Shown: positions 10,570 through 21,167, numbered from the stretch's first letter. The stretch: 32,000 nt of DNA from Buchnera aphidicola str. APS (Acyrthosiphon pisum) (GCF_000009605.1 NC_002528.1:390001-422000), one strand, 5' to 3'. A program made the numbers and translations. Notes: generated from the sequence alone by a model not told the origin.

Positions 10570-11544
10570 TTAATAAGAAATTTTTTTAAGATCATTATTT
10601 AACATATAAAATTTGTATTTTTTCATACATTCTAAAGAGCAGCAACTGTGAAATTTAACAGAACAGTTTTCACATTGAATAAAAAGAAGATGACACGAGC
10701 TGTACTTACAGTTAATATAAACATCAGAGGATTTCCCACATTGCTTACAATATGATATTACTTCATCTGAAATTTTCTCACTCATTCGATTATCAAAAAC
10801 AAAACTTTTCCCTTTAAACAAAACGGGTAACCCATTTTTTCGAGCATCGTGTACATAACCAATAATACCTCCTTCTAAATGATAAACATGTTTAAAACCA
10901 TTAAAAAGCATCCAAGAAGTTGCTTTTTCACAACGAATGCCACCTGTACAATACATAACAATTTTTTTATTTTTAGCATATGCCATTAATTGTATTACTT
11001 TTTTTAATTGTTCTCGAAAAGTAATGCTTTTAATTTCTATCGCATTCTCAAAATGACCAATAGCATATTCATAAGAATTTCGCATATCAATGAATATTGT
11101 CTTTTTATCATTTAACATCGAATTAACTTGTTCTGATTGAATGTAAATACCCACATTATTAGGGTTAAAAAAATGTTCTTTAATTCCATCTTGTACAATT
11201 TTTTTTTTAATTTTAACACAAAGAACCCAAAAAGATTTCTCATTATCTAATGATTTATTAATACGTAAATTATTTAGCTCTATATCGAAATTATATAAAA
11301 ATTTTTTTAAAATAGAATAATATTTTTTAGGAACACTAATTTGAGCGTTGATACCTTCAGATGCTACATAAATTCGGCCTAAAACATTATATTTATAAAA
11401 AGTTTTATAAAGTCTATCACGATATTCTTGAGTGTTTTTAATAAAAAAATATTTATAGAAAGATAGTGTTAAACGAGGTTCTGTTTCAAAAAACATACGT
11501 CTTTTTAGTTCTTTTTTAGAAACAATATTATGTAAAATTGACAT
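10570..11544 (-). CDS. trhO: Rhodanese-domain tRNA uridine(34) hydroxylase TrhO (YceA)
   Basis: 324 aa, collinear with E. coli YceA: SFYKYF, EGINAQISVP, FWVL, FIDMRN-YEY--GHFENA-EI, KKIVMYCTGGIRCEKA, and the Cys-rich C-terminal CHLLFIQC. Confidence 0.9.
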   Translation of the reverse strand: MSILHNIVSKKELKRRMFFETEPRLTLSFYKYFFIKNTQEYRDRLYKTFYKYNVLGRIYVASEGINAQISVPKKYYSILKKFLYNFDIELNNLRINKSLDNEKSFWVLCVKIKKKIVQDGIKEHFFNPNNVGIYIQSEQVNSMLNDKKTIFIDMRNSYEYAIGHFENAIEIKSITFREQLKKVIQLMAYAKNKKIVMYCTGGIRCEKATSWMLFNGFKHVYHLEGGIIGYVHDARKNGLPVLFKGKSFVFDNRMSEKISDEVISYCKQCGKSSDVYINCKYSSCHLLFIQCENCSVKFHSCCSLECMKKYKFYMLNNDLKKISY

Positions 11545-11600
11545 TTAAAAATCCTATAATTATTATATTATCAGAAGAATATAGAAAAAATATCATACAG

Positions 11601-14468
11601 TTACTTTTTATAAGACATATTTCTAAATATTTTTATTTGTTCAGATAATTTTAGATTTATTTCATTTAATTTTAATAATTTATTTTTTTCCTGTGTTACT
11701 ATTTTTGTAGGAGCATAAGATAAAAAATCTTTATTTAAAATTTTAGTTTTAATTTTAAATATGTTAAGTTCTGTTTTTTTTTGCTCTTTTACTAATCTTT
11801 TTAATTCCACTTTAGTATCTACTAATTTTAATATAGGTATTATAATTTCGGCACCATCTATTATTTCTTTTATACATAAGTCTTTATCATATTTTTCAGA
11901 AAGTATTGTAATCTTATCTAAAAACGATATATTTTTTATTAATGAAATATTTTCTTTGATAACTTTTTCTTGTTCAGAATTGATATTATATAAAAATAAT
12001 GGTAATAATTTTGTTGAACTAACATTCATATTAGTTCTAATATTTCTCAGAAATACAATTATTTTTTTCATCCAATTCATTTGAACTAATATTTTTTTAT
12101 CAAATAATTTATGATTATACTCTGGAAAATCTTGCAACATAATAGTCTTTTCTGAAATATTTTGAATTAATTTTATGCGTTGCCAAATTGTTTCAGTTAT
12201 AAAAGGCATGATAGGATGAGCTAATTTTAAGAGCAACTCTAAAACATACACTAAAACATTTTTAGTACAATATACTTCTTTAGAAGAGCCTAATTTAATG
12301 ACTATTTTAACAAATTCTAAATACCAATCACAAAATATATTCCAAATAAAATCATATAAAATATTAGCAGCAATATCAAAACGATAAGTATCTAATGATT
12401 CACGATACAATTTTACTGTGTTATTAAATTCTATTAAAATCCATTTATTTATTAATAACATCTTTCTTTTAACATCAAATTTTGAAAAATTATGATCTTG
12501 TGTATTAATTAAAACAAATCGACTAGCATTCCAAAGTTTATTACAAAAGTTACGATATCCTTTTAATCGATTCATATCCCATTGTATATCGCGTGTACTA
12601 GATGCCAATGCAGAGAAAGTAAACCGTAATGCATCTGTGCCAGTAGATTTAATGCCTTCTGGAAATTGTTTAATAGTACGTTGAATTATTTTATCAGACA
12701 AATTTGGTTGTAATAAATTATTCGTTCTTTTTTTAATTAATTCACTTAAAGAAATTCCATCTATCATATCTAAGGGGTCAATTACATTTCCTTTTGATTT
12801 GGACATTTTTTTTCCAAATTCATCTCGAATTAATCCTGTTATATAAATATTTTTAAAAGGAACTTCAGGATTATTATGTTTATCTTTCATAAAATACATT
12901 GTCAACATAATCATTCTAGCAATCCAAAAGAAAATAATATCGAAACCACTTACTAAAACATTAGTAGGATGAAAAGTCTTTAAAAATGTAGTTTTCTTTG
13001 GCCATCCTAATGAAGAAAAAGTCCATAATCCAGAAGAAAACCAAGTATCTAATACATCATTTTCTTGTTTTAATAAGACATTCTCTGATATCGAATAAGC
13101 TTGACGTATTTCTTTTTCATTTTGACCAATATAAATATTTTTCTGATCATCATACCATACTGGAATACGGTGACCCCACCATAACTGTCGAGAAATACAC
13201 CAATCTTCAATATTATTCATCCAAGATGAATACATACTTTCATATTGTTGTGGTATAAATTTAATTTTTTTATCTTTTACGGCATTTAAAGCTACTTTAG
13301 CTAAAGTTGATGTTTTTAAATACCATTGATTTGTAAGCATCGGTTCTATAATAACACCGCTTCTCTCGCTATAAGGGACAGTAACATTACATTCTTCAAT
13401 TTTTTCCAAAAATCCTAATTTTGTAATTTCTTTAATAATTTCAATTCGTGCAGACAAAATATCTAAATGTTGAAATTGCATTGGAATGCATGTACTATAT
13501 TGATTAGATTTTTCACCTTTATAGTTATAAACTTCGGCCGTAGATTTGATACGCCCATCAAAAGTAAAAATATTAATCATTGGTAATTTATGATGTAATC
13601 CGACTTTATAATCATTAAAATCATGTGCAGGAGTAATTTTTACACAACCAGTTCCTTTTTCTAAATCAGCATATCTATCTTTAATTATAGGAATAATTCT
13701 ATTAGTTAAAGGACAGGAAACATGATTTCCAATAAATTGATTATATTTATAATCTTCAGGATTTACAGCAATAGCTGTATCACCTAATAAAGTCTCGGGT
13801 CTAGTAGTTGAAACTATTAAATATTTTACTTTACTTCTTAAGGACATATCATTTTCAATAATTGGATAACGAATAAACCATTTTTTTCCTTTTATTAAAC
13901 GATGCTCAACTTCTAAATCTGAAATAACAGTTTCTAATTTTGAGTCCCAATGTACTAATTTTTTTTTCTGGTAAATTAAATTATTTTTATATAATATAAT
14001 AAAAGCTTCTCTAACAGAATTAGAAATATCAGGATCTAAAGTAAATTTTTCGTAATCCCAATCTACTGATATTCCTAGACGTCGCATTTGTTTTGTAATA
14101 ATATTACTTGATTGTTTTTTCCATTCCCAAATTTTCTTAATAAAATCATCTCTGCTATAATCTTTTTTAGTCTTCTGTTCTTTTTCAAAAATTTGACGTT
14201 CAACTAAAATTTGTGTTGCTATTCCAGCATGATCTGTTCCTACTTGCCAAAATGTGTTTTTTCCCTGCATTCTATGATAACGAATCAATATATCCATAAT
14301 GGTTTGTTGAAATGCATGTCCCATATGCAAGCTTCCTGTAATATTAGGAGGAGGCATCATAATACAAAAAGTTGATTTTTCTAAATGATTAGGTTTAAAA
14401 AACCCATTTTTTTCCCAAAAAAAATATAAAGATTCTTCGATATGTTTAGGATTATAAATTTTTTCCAT
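11601..14468 (-). CDS. valS: Valine--tRNA ligase
   Basis: 955 aa versus 951 aa in E. coli. The N terminus MEKIYNPKHIE resembles MEKTYNPQDIE. The HIGH region is PPPNITGSLHMGHAF and the KMSKS motif is KKMSKSKGNVIDP. A C-terminal coiled coil is present. Confidence 0.97.
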   Translation of the reverse strand: MEKIYNPKHIEESLYFFWEKNGFFKPNHLEKSTFCIMMPPPNITGSLHMGHAFQQTIMDILIRYHRMQGKNTFWQVGTDHAGIATQILVERQIFEKEQKTKKDYSRDDFIKKIWEWKKQSSNIITKQMRRLGISVDWDYEKFTLDPDISNSVREAFIILYKNNLIYQKKKLVHWDSKLETVISDLEVEHRLIKGKKWFIRYPIIENDMSLRSKVKYLIVSTTRPETLLGDTAIAVNPEDYKYNQFIGNHVSCPLTNRIIPIIKDRYADLEKGTGCVKITPAHDFNDYKVGLHHKLPMINIFTFDGRIKSTAEVYNYKGEKSNQYSTCIPMQFQHLDILSARIEIIKEITKLGFLEKIEECNVTVPYSERSGVIIEPMLTNQWYLKTSTLAKVALNAVKDKKIKFIPQQYESMYSSWMNNIEDWCISRQLWWGHRIPVWYDDQKNIYIGQNEKEIRQAYSISENVLLKQENDVLDTWFSSGLWTFSSLGWPKKTTFLKTFHPTNVLVSGFDIIFFWIARMIMLTMYFMKDKHNNPEVPFKNIYITGLIRDEFGKKMSKSKGNVIDPLDMIDGISLSELIKKRTNNLLQPNLSDKIIQRTIKQFPEGIKSTGTDALRFTFSALASSTRDIQWDMNRLKGYRNFCNKLWNASRFVLINTQDHNFSKFDVKRKMLLINKWILIEFNNTVKLYRESLDTYRFDIAANILYDFIWNIFCDWYLEFVKIVIKLGSSKEVYCTKNVLVYVLELLLKLAHPIMPFITETIWQRIKLIQNISEKTIMLQDFPEYNHKLFDKKILVQMNWMKKIIVFLRNIRTNMNVSSTKLLPLFLYNINSEQEKVIKENISLIKNISFLDKITILSEKYDKDLCIKEIIDGAEIIIPILKLVDTKVELKRLVKEQKKTELNIFKIKTKILNKDFLSYAPTKIVTQEKNKLLKLNEINLKLSEQIKIFRNMSYKK

Positions 14469-14544
14469 TTTATTTAACTATTTTAATAAAAAAGGCGATA
14501 TTGCCATGTAATGATGATAGTATCTCAGTTGAAAATATATTTTT

Positions 14545-16044
14545 TTAATTATAAATATAATTAGACTGATTTAATAAAAATTGACATAATAATTCAACAG
14601 GACGTCCTGTTGCACCTGATTTTTTTCCTGATTTCCATGCCGTTCCAGCAATATCTAAATGTGCCCAATTATACTTTTTAGTAAATTTAGAAAGAAAACA
14701 AGCTGCAGTTATAGCTCCTGCTTTCCCTCGTCCTATATTAGAGAAATCTGCAATATCAGAATTTAATTCTTTATGATATTCTGAAAATAATGGTAAACTC
14801 CATATTTTATCATCTGTTTCCTGCGATGCATGGAGTAATTGATTTGATAACTCTTCATTATTACTAAAGAGTCCACTTACCGATTCCCCTAATGCTGTAA
14901 CACAAGCTCCAGTTAATGTCGCGACGTCAATGACTATATCAGGAGAAAAACGTTCTAAATATGTTAATGAGTCACATAAAACTAGACGTCCTTCAGCATC
15001 AGTATTTAATATTTCTACTGTTTGACCTGACATAGTAGTTAAAACATCTCCAGGTCTAAAAGAATGACTACCTACCATGTTTTCACAACCAGATAAAATT
15101 CCAATTACTGTTAAAGGTAATTGTAACTCAGCAGCCATAATTAAAGTTCCGTATACTGCTGCAGCACCACACATGTCATACTTCATTTCATGCATATGAA
15201 GAGCTGGTTTGATAGATATTCCTCCAGAATCGAAAGTCAAACCTTTTCCGACAAAAGCGATAATTTTTTTATTTACAATATTATTGCCAGAATATTTTAT
15301 TACAGACATGAATGGTTTATTTTTTGATCCATTTCCTACTGCTATATAAGCATTCATACCTAATTCTTTCATTTTTTTTATATCAATAATTTCCACAACA
15401 ATATTATTTTCATATTTTTTAGAAAGTTCTTGAGCTTTATAAGATAAATACAGAGGATTACAGATATTAGGTGGTAAATTGCTTAAGTTTTTTGTAGATG
15501 TAATTGCATGGTCAATAGCTAGTGCGTGTTTTAATGCTGTTTTTGCTATAAATAAATCATTTTTTTTTATTATATTTAATGTAATAGAATGTATATTAGT
15601 ATTTTTTATATTTATATTATTTATTTTAATTGTTTCATATAATGATTCTTTTAAAGAAAGAACCATTCTTCTAATCATCCAATATATATTATCAATATTA
15701 ATGTTAGAAAAAGAATAAACAATATTTGTTATAGATTTTTTTTTTATTGCGTGTATAGTATTTTTTAAGATTTTTTTAAAACGTATTATGTTGATTTCAT
15801 CTTTTTTTCCACATCCTACAAGTAATATTCTTTTTGAAAGTATCTTAGGAACTTTATACAACATAAGTGTATCTCCTATTTTTCCTTGAATATCACCTAG
15901 TTTAATTAAAGAAGTTATATGACCGTTGCTACATTTATCTAAATAAATGGCCGAATCGGAAAGTTCAGATAGTTCGAAAACAGAAACTACTATACAATCA
16001 GTTTTTTCTTTATCTAAGAAACAACTTTTTATAAAAAAATTCAT
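14545..16044 (-). CDS. pepA: Leucyl (cytosol) aminopeptidase PepA
   Basis: 499 aa versus 503 aa in E. coli. Conserved blocks include VGKGLTFDSGGISIKP, MKYDMCGAAAVYG, NTDAEGRLVLCD, DVATLTGAC and YNWAHLDIAGTAW. Confidence 0.95.
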   Translation of the reverse strand: MNFFIKSCFLDKEKTDCIVVSVFELSELSDSAIYLDKCSNGHITSLIKLGDIQGKIGDTLMLYKVPKILSKRILLVGCGKKDEINIIRFKKILKNTIHAIKKKSITNIVYSFSNINIDNIYWMIRRMVLSLKESLYETIKINNINIKNTNIHSITLNIIKKNDLFIAKTALKHALAIDHAITSTKNLSNLPPNICNPLYLSYKAQELSKKYENNIVVEIIDIKKMKELGMNAYIAVGNGSKNKPFMSVIKYSGNNIVNKKIIAFVGKGLTFDSGGISIKPALHMHEMKYDMCGAAAVYGTLIMAAELQLPLTVIGILSGCENMVGSHSFRPGDVLTTMSGQTVEILNTDAEGRLVLCDSLTYLERFSPDIVIDVATLTGACVTALGESVSGLFSNNEELSNQLLHASQETDDKIWSLPLFSEYHKELNSDIADFSNIGRGKAGAITAACFLSKFTKKYNWAHLDIAGTAWKSGKKSGATGRPVELLCQFLLNQSNYIYN

Positions 16045-16303
16045 GATTATTTCTCTATGTTTAAATAAGATGAATTAATTAAATTATCAAGATAATAAAA
16101 ACATCTCTAGGTTAATATCTTTATATAAAATTGATACTATTAATTTTATTATATTCCTATATAGTATAAATTTTTTTAATCATTATTTAATTAATAAATA
16201 TGATTCTTTTAAATTTTATTAAAAATATTATATACTATAAAACTAATCCTGCTTTAATTGCAATTTTTAAAAATATATTTTTATCTAATGATGAGACGTT
16301 AAT

Positions 16304-17320
16304 ATGAATAATCTTTATCAACGTGATTGTTTAAGACTATTAGATTTTACTTCTTTAGAATTACAAAATATAATTACACTGGCTCAAAAGCTAAAACAAT
16401 ATAAAAAAAACAATAAAGAAATTCAACTACTCAAAAAAAAAAATATTGCTTTAATTTTTGAAAAAGAATCCACTCGTACAAGATGCTCATTTGAAGTAGC
16501 TGCATTTGATCAAGGAGCTCATGTCACGTATCTTGGACCTGGTAGTACACATCTTGGAACAAAAGAGTCTATAGAAGATACTGCTAAAATACTCGGACGT
16601 TTATATGACGGTATTCAATATCGAGGACACCATCATAGTACAATAGAAATTTTAGCTAAAAATTCAAAAGTGCCAGTTTGGAATGGTTTGACTGAAAAAT
16701 TTCACCCTACACAATTGCTTGCTGATTTACTAACTATAAAAGAAATTTTTCCAGAAAGAAAATTTTATGAAATAAAATGTGCTTATGTTGGAGATGCACA
16801 TAATAATATGGGCAATAGTTTATTAGAAGCTGCGTCATTAGTTGGATTAGATTTACGTTTAGTAGCTCCTAAAGAATGTTGGCCCGAAAAAAATATATTT
16901 AAATTTTGTAAAGAACAAATGAAAAATAAAAAAGGGAATATAATATGTACTGAAAACATTAACGAAGGAGTAAAAAATGTAGATTTTATATACACTGATG
17001 TCTGGGTATCTATGGGAGAATCTCAAGAAGTATGGAAAAAAAGAATTGAATTATTGAGCTCTTATCAAGTAAATAGTTTAATGTTAAAAATAACTAATAA
17101 TCCACAAGTAAAAGTATTGCATTGCCTTCCTGCTTTACATGATCAAAAAACTTGTACAGTTAAATCTATATTAAAAAAATATGGTTTTAAAAATGGAATG
17201 GAAATAACAGATGAAGTTTTTCAAAAAAACCAAAAAATTATTTTCGAACAAGCAGAAAATAGATTGCATACTATTAAAGCTATTCTTGTATCTAGTTTAT
17301 TAAAAACTATTAAATTTTAA
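16304..17320 (+). CDS. argI: Ornithine carbamoyltransferase
   Basis: 338 aa with [56 protein letters not shown] and [11 protein letters not shown]. Its position upstream of pyrBI matches E. coli argI, though it could equally be labelled argF. SD GATGAG. Confidence 0.95.
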   Translation: MNNLYQRDCLRLLDFTSLELQNIITLAQKLKQYKKNNKEIQLLKKKNIALIFEKESTRTRCSFEVAAFDQGAHVTYLGPGSTHLGTKESIEDTAKILGRLYDGIQYRGHHHSTIEILAKNSKVPVWNGLTEKFHPTQLLADLLTIKEIFPERKFYEIKCAYVGDAHNNMGNSLLEAASLVGLDLRLVAPKECWPEKNIFKFCKEQMKNKKGNIICTENINEGVKNVDFIYTDVWVSMGESQEVWKKRIELLSSYQVNSLMLKITNNPQVKVLHCLPALHDQKTCTVKSILKKYGFKNGMEITDEVFQKNQKIIFEQAENRLHTIKAILVSSLLKTIKF

Positions 17321-17438
17321 AAAATAATTATAGTGAACAATATAAATGCCTTTAACATACTCAATATTTTTTAATTTCTTTATACTGTTGAAAAACATTT
17401 CAAACAATCTTTTCTTCAACAATCAAGGAAAATAAATT

Positions 17439-18371
17439 TTGAGAAATTCTCTATATAAAAAAAATATTATTTCAATTAATGATCTTCAACGCAATGAATT
17501 AGAATTAGTTTTAAATAAATCTGCAATGCTAAAGAAAACACCACAACCTAATTTATTAAAAAATAAAGTTATTGCCAGTTGTTTTTTTGAGGCATCCACT
17601 CGCACTCGTTTGTCATTTGAAACTGCAATTTATCGATTAGGGGCTTCGATAGTAGGGTTTTCTGATGGGAATAATATTTCTTTAGAAAAAAAAGGAGAAA
17701 CATTAACAGACACTATTTCAGTGATTAGTTCTTATGTAGATGCAATTATTATTCGACATCCTCAAGAAGGATCTGCACGTTTAGCTGCAGAATTTTCTAA
17801 TAAAAAACCAATATTTAATGCAGGAGATGGAGCAAATCAACATCCTACACAAACACTATTAGATTTATTTACTATACAAGAAACACAAAATAGATTAACT
17901 CAATTAAATATAGCTATAGTCGGAGACCTTAAATATGGAAGAACAGTACATTCATTAACACAAGCATTAGCTAAATTTAAACACAATAAATTTTATTTTA
18001 TTTCACCTGATGCTTTAAAAATGCCAAATTATATTAACAATATGCTTGATAAAAAAGAAATTTACTGGAAAAGACATAATAATATTGAAGAAATAATTTC
18101 AGAAATAGATATTCTTTATATGACTCGTATTCAAAAAGAACGTCTCGATTCTACTGAATATGCCAATGCAAAATCAAAATTTGTATTGCGTGCTGCTATT
18201 TTAAAAAATGCACGTAATAATATGAAGATATTACATCCTTTACCTCGTATAGATGAAATAGATCGTGATGTTGACTATACCCCTTATGCTTGGTATTTTA
18301 AACAAGCAGCAAATGGTATTTATGCACGTCAAGCAATTTTATCTTTAGTACTAATAGAAAAACATTTATAA
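17439..18371 (+). CDS. pyrB: Aspartate carbamoyltransferase catalytic subunit
   Basis: 310 aa versus 311 aa in E. coli, highly conserved ([56 protein letters not shown]). The start is TTG at 17439 with AAGGAA 9 nt upstream. The N terminus [16 protein letters not shown] aligns with E. coli MANPLYQKHIISINDL. Confidence 0.96.
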
Positions 18372-18378
18372 TGAAAAT

Positions 18379-18843
18379 ATGGAAATAAATAAACTCCAAG
18401 TAGAAGCTATCAAATCTGGCAGTGTAATTGATCATATTCCTGAATATATCGGTTTTAAATTACTATCTTTATTTAGATTTACCGAGACAGAAAAACGTAT
18501 TACTATAGGTTTAAATCTTCCGTCTAAAAAATTAGGGAGAAAAGATATTATAAAGATTGAAAATACTTTTCTTAGTGACGAACAAATTAATCAATTAGCT
18601 ATTTATGCACCGCATGCTACTGTTAATTATATAAACGAATACAATCTAGTAAGAAAAGTTTTTCCAACTTTGCCTGAAACAATTGATAGAATTTTAATTT
18701 GTCCAAATAGTAATTGTGTTACTAATCATCATCTTATTAATTCTAGTTTTATTCTTAAAGAAGACCAATTTTTTAATATGAATTTGAAATGCAAATATTG
18801 TGAAAAAGAATTTTATAAGAAAATAGTTTTGTCTTGTCAATAA
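18379..18843 (+). CDS. pyrI: Aspartate carbamoyltransferase regulatory subunit
   Basis: 154 aa with [41 protein letters not shown], and the zinc-domain cysteines CPNSNC...CKYCEKEF, as in E. coli PyrI. It starts 7 nt after the pyrB stop. Confidence 0.95.
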
Positions 18844-18888
18844 AAAAAAAATTAATATAATCTATTCAATACATGAGCGATATACTCC

Positions 18889-19275
18889 ATGAATCATATA
18901 ATTGAAACTAAAGATGCTCCTAAACCTATTGGACCTTATTCACAAGCTTTAAAAATTGATAATTTTATTATATTATCTGGACAAATACCGATCGATGTCA
19001 TATCCAACCAAATACCTGAAAATATTGCTGAACAAACTTACCTTGTATTAAAAAATATTAAATTAATCTTAGTTCATGCTAAGTTTCAAGTACACAATAT
19101 TATAAAAACTACTGTTTTTACTACTGATTTGAAAAAAATTAATATTATTAATGAAATTTATAAAAAATTTTTTATAGATAATAAGTCAAACTTTCCTGCT
19201 CGATCATGTGTAGAAGTTCAAAAATTACCTAAAAATGTAAAAATAGAAATTGAAGCAATGGCGTTTAAAAAATAA
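18889..19275 (+). CDS. ridA: RidA/YjgF-family reactive enamine/imine deaminase
   Basis: 128 aa, the same length as E. coli RidA, with APKPIGPYSQA, SGQIP, IKTTVF, FPARSCVEV and KIEIEA. It lies downstream of pyrBI, as in E. coli. Confidence 0.92.
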   Translation: MNHIIETKDAPKPIGPYSQALKIDNFIILSGQIPIDVISNQIPENIAEQTYLVLKNIKLILVHAKFQVHNIIKTTVFTTDLKKINIINEIYKKFFIDNKSNFPARSCVEVQKLPKNVKIEIEAMAFKK

Positions 19276-19330
19276 TTTTTTAATCATAATTTATTTATTA
19301 AAATATTTAAAAAAGAATAAATACACTTAG

Positions 19331-19349
19331 TATGCCGCAAAGCGGCATA
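19331..19349. terminator. GC-rich 8-bp hairpin (tatgccgc-aaa-gcggcata) between the convergent ridA and deaD 3' ends; atypical terminator or 3' stabiliser
   Basis: There is a perfect 8-bp stem with a 3-nt loop, 13 nt past the deaD stop and 56 nt past the ridA stop. The flanks are the wrong way round for a canonical intrinsic terminator. On the + strand the hairpin is followed by AAAAAA. On the - strand a T-run precedes it and it is followed by ctaagtgtatttattctttttt. Confidence 0.4.
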
Positions 19350-19361
19350 AAAAATACAAAA

Positions 19362-21167
19362 TTAAACATTTCTACGACGAAAAAAAGATGACTTAAATTC
19401 AGTTTTTTTAGGAGAGTTAGATTTATTGAAACTACCATCAGAAACACGACGGTTACTATTTTTATCTTTGTTAAAAATAGAACGATGAGTTGTCTTATTT
19501 TCATAATGTCTTGAATCTCGTAATAATTTCATATTAATTGGTTTATTTAATATTCTAGTACGATTAAAGGTTTGTAATAAATCTTTAGACATTCCCTTAG
19601 GCAATTCAATTGTCGAATAAGAAGAAAAAAGTTTAATATTACCAATATTACGACTATTAATATTTCCTTCATTAGCAATTGCTCCAACTATATGACGTAC
19701 TTCAACTCCATCATTACGACCTACTTCAATACGATATAACTCTGCGTCTTTATTGATATCACGACGATCGCGACGGGTTCGACTGTTTCGGTTGTCTTCG
19801 CGTCGACGATCGTCTTGGAACAATAAATCACGAGACTGACGTTTAATTACATCAGGTTTAATAATTAAAGGACGTTCTCCTTGAGCCATTTTTAACAAAG
19901 CGGCTGCTAAAGTTTTTATATCTAAATCATCTGTAGAGTATAATTTATCTAATAAAGCACTATATTCATCTAAATCTCGGCTTTCTAATTGTTGTTGTAC
20001 TTTTTTTGCGAATTGTTCAAGACGTCTTTGACATAATAATTCTACTTTAGGTAATTGTACTTCGGGAATAGATTGTTTCATAGTACGTTCAATATTACGT
20101 AGCAAACGACGTTCACGATTTTCAACAAATAATAACGCTCGACCTGCTCGACCTGCTCGACCTGTTCGACCTATACGATGAACATAAGATTCTGAGTCCA
20201 TAGGAATATCATAATTAATAACAAAACTTATACGATCAACATCTAAACCACGCGCCGCAACATCTGTAGCAATTAAAATATCTAATCTACCATTTTTTAA
20301 TCTTTCGAGAGTTTGTTCACGCAATGCTTGATTCATATCTCCATTTAACGCGGCACTATTATATCCATTACGTTCTAATGCTTCAGATACTTCTAAAGTT
20401 GCATTTTTAGTTCTTACAAAAATGATTGTAGCAGAAAAATCTTCGGCTTCTAAAAAACGAATTAATGCATCAGTTTTTCGACCATATACCATCCAATAAC
20501 TTTGTTTGATATCAGGACGTGTAGTAATATTGGACTGTATTTTTATTTCTTTTGGATTTCTCATGAATCGTTTAGAAATACGACGAATTGCTTCTGGCAT
20601 AGTAGCTGAAAATAATGCAGTTTGATGTTCCTTCGGAATTTGAGCCATAATTGTCTCTACATCTTCAATAAAACCCATACGTAACATCTCATCTGCTTCA
20701 TCTAAAACTAATCCATGTAAATTAGAAAGATTAAGTGTCCCTCTTTTTAAATGATCTAATAATCTACCTGGAGTTCCTACAACAATTTGAGGTCCTTGTC
20801 GTAGTGCACGTAATTGGAGTTCGTATCTTTGACCACCATACAAAGGTAACACATGAATTCCAATCATGTATTTAGAAAAATCTGAAAATGCTTCTGCTAC
20901 TTGGACGGCTAATTCTCTTGTAGGAGCTAATACTAATATTTGAGGAGCTTTTAAATTAATATTAAGATTGTGTAATAGCGGTAATGAAAAAGCAGCCGTT
21001 TTGCCACTTCCAGTTTGTGCCATTCCTAATACATCACGTCCTTCTAAAAGCAAGGGAATACAAGATGCTTGAATAGGGGAAGGTTTAACATATCCCATTT
21101 CATTTAAAGATTGAATAATAAAAGGATTTAAACCAAGAAAAGAAAATGTGCTTTCAATATGAGTCAT
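19362..21167 (-). CDS. deaD: Cold-shock DEAD-box ATP-dependent RNA helicase DeaD/CsdA
   Basis: 601 aa, nearly identical to E. coli DeaD over the helicase core ([60 protein letters not shown]) and the DbpA-like C-terminal domain ([25 protein letters not shown]). The tail is Arg/Asn-rich. Confidence 0.96.
   Translation of the reverse strand: MTHIESTFSFLGLNPFIIQSLNEMGYVKPSPIQASCIPLLLEGRDVLGMAQTGSGKTAAFSLPLLHNLNINLKAPQILVLAPTRELAVQVAEAFSDFSKYMIGIHVLPLYGGQRYELQLRALRQGPQIVVGTPGRLLDHLKRGTLNLSNLHGLVLDEADEMLRMGFIEDVETIMAQIPKEHQTALFSATMPEAIRRISKRFMRNPKEIKIQSNITTRPDIKQSYWMVYGRKTDALIRFLEAEDFSATIIFVRTKNATLEVSEALERNGYNSAALNGDMNQALREQTLERLKNGRLDILIATDVAARGLDVDRISFVINYDIPMDSESYVHRIGRTGRAGRAGRALLFVENRERRLLRNIERTMKQSIPEVQLPKVELLCQRRLEQFAKKVQQQLESRDLDEYSALLDKLYSTDDLDIKTLAAALLKMAQGERPLIIKPDVIKRQSRDLLFQDDRRREDNRNSRTRRDRRDINKDAELYRIEVGRNDGVEVRHIVGAIANEGNINSRNIGNIKLFSSYSTIELPKGMSKDLLQTFNRTRILNKPINMKLLRDSRHYENKTTHRSIFNKDKNSNRRVSDGSFNKSNSPKKTEFKSSFFRRRNV

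Noticed and set aside
11761-13258. Plus-strand ORFs 11761..12084 and 12998..13258 inside valS
   Set aside because: These are antisense shadow ORFs within a conserved 955-aa valS. Their composition is Phe/Ile/Leu-rich and they have no recognisable family.
14488-14505. Possible mini-terminator after pepA (minus sense ggcaatatcgcc followed by tttttt)
   Set aside because: Only 3 G:C pairs can form around a 6-nt loop. This is too weak to call, and pepA and valS may simply be co-transcribed.
15479-15718. Plus-strand 79-aa ORF inside pepA
   Set aside because: It is antisense to conserved pepA, hydrophobic and low-complexity, and starts at a non-ATG codon in the track.
16256-16265. 10-bp palindrome aattgcaatt and nearby AT-rich dyads upstream of argI, considered as ARG boxes
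   Set aside because: It does not match the ARG-box consensus (TGAAT-n-ATTCA). Short AT palindromes are expected by chance in this composition, and reduced endosymbionts of this type generally lack ArgR.
16783-16995. Minus-strand 70-aa ORF inside argI
   Set aside because: It is antisense to conserved argI with no supporting signals.
19307-19504. Minus-strand 65-aa ORF overlapping the deaD 3' end and the GC hairpin
   Set aside because: It is an out-of-frame overlap with the conserved deaD C terminus and runs through the intergenic hairpin. The peptide is low-complexity and hydrophobic with no Shine-Dalgarno.
20137-20172. Four tandem 9-nt units (gctcgacct x3 then gttcgacct)
   Set aside because: This lies inside deaD and encodes the conserved helicase motif VI region [12 protein letters not shown], which is also present in E. 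coli DeaD. It is a coding periodicity, not a repeat element or CRISPR.
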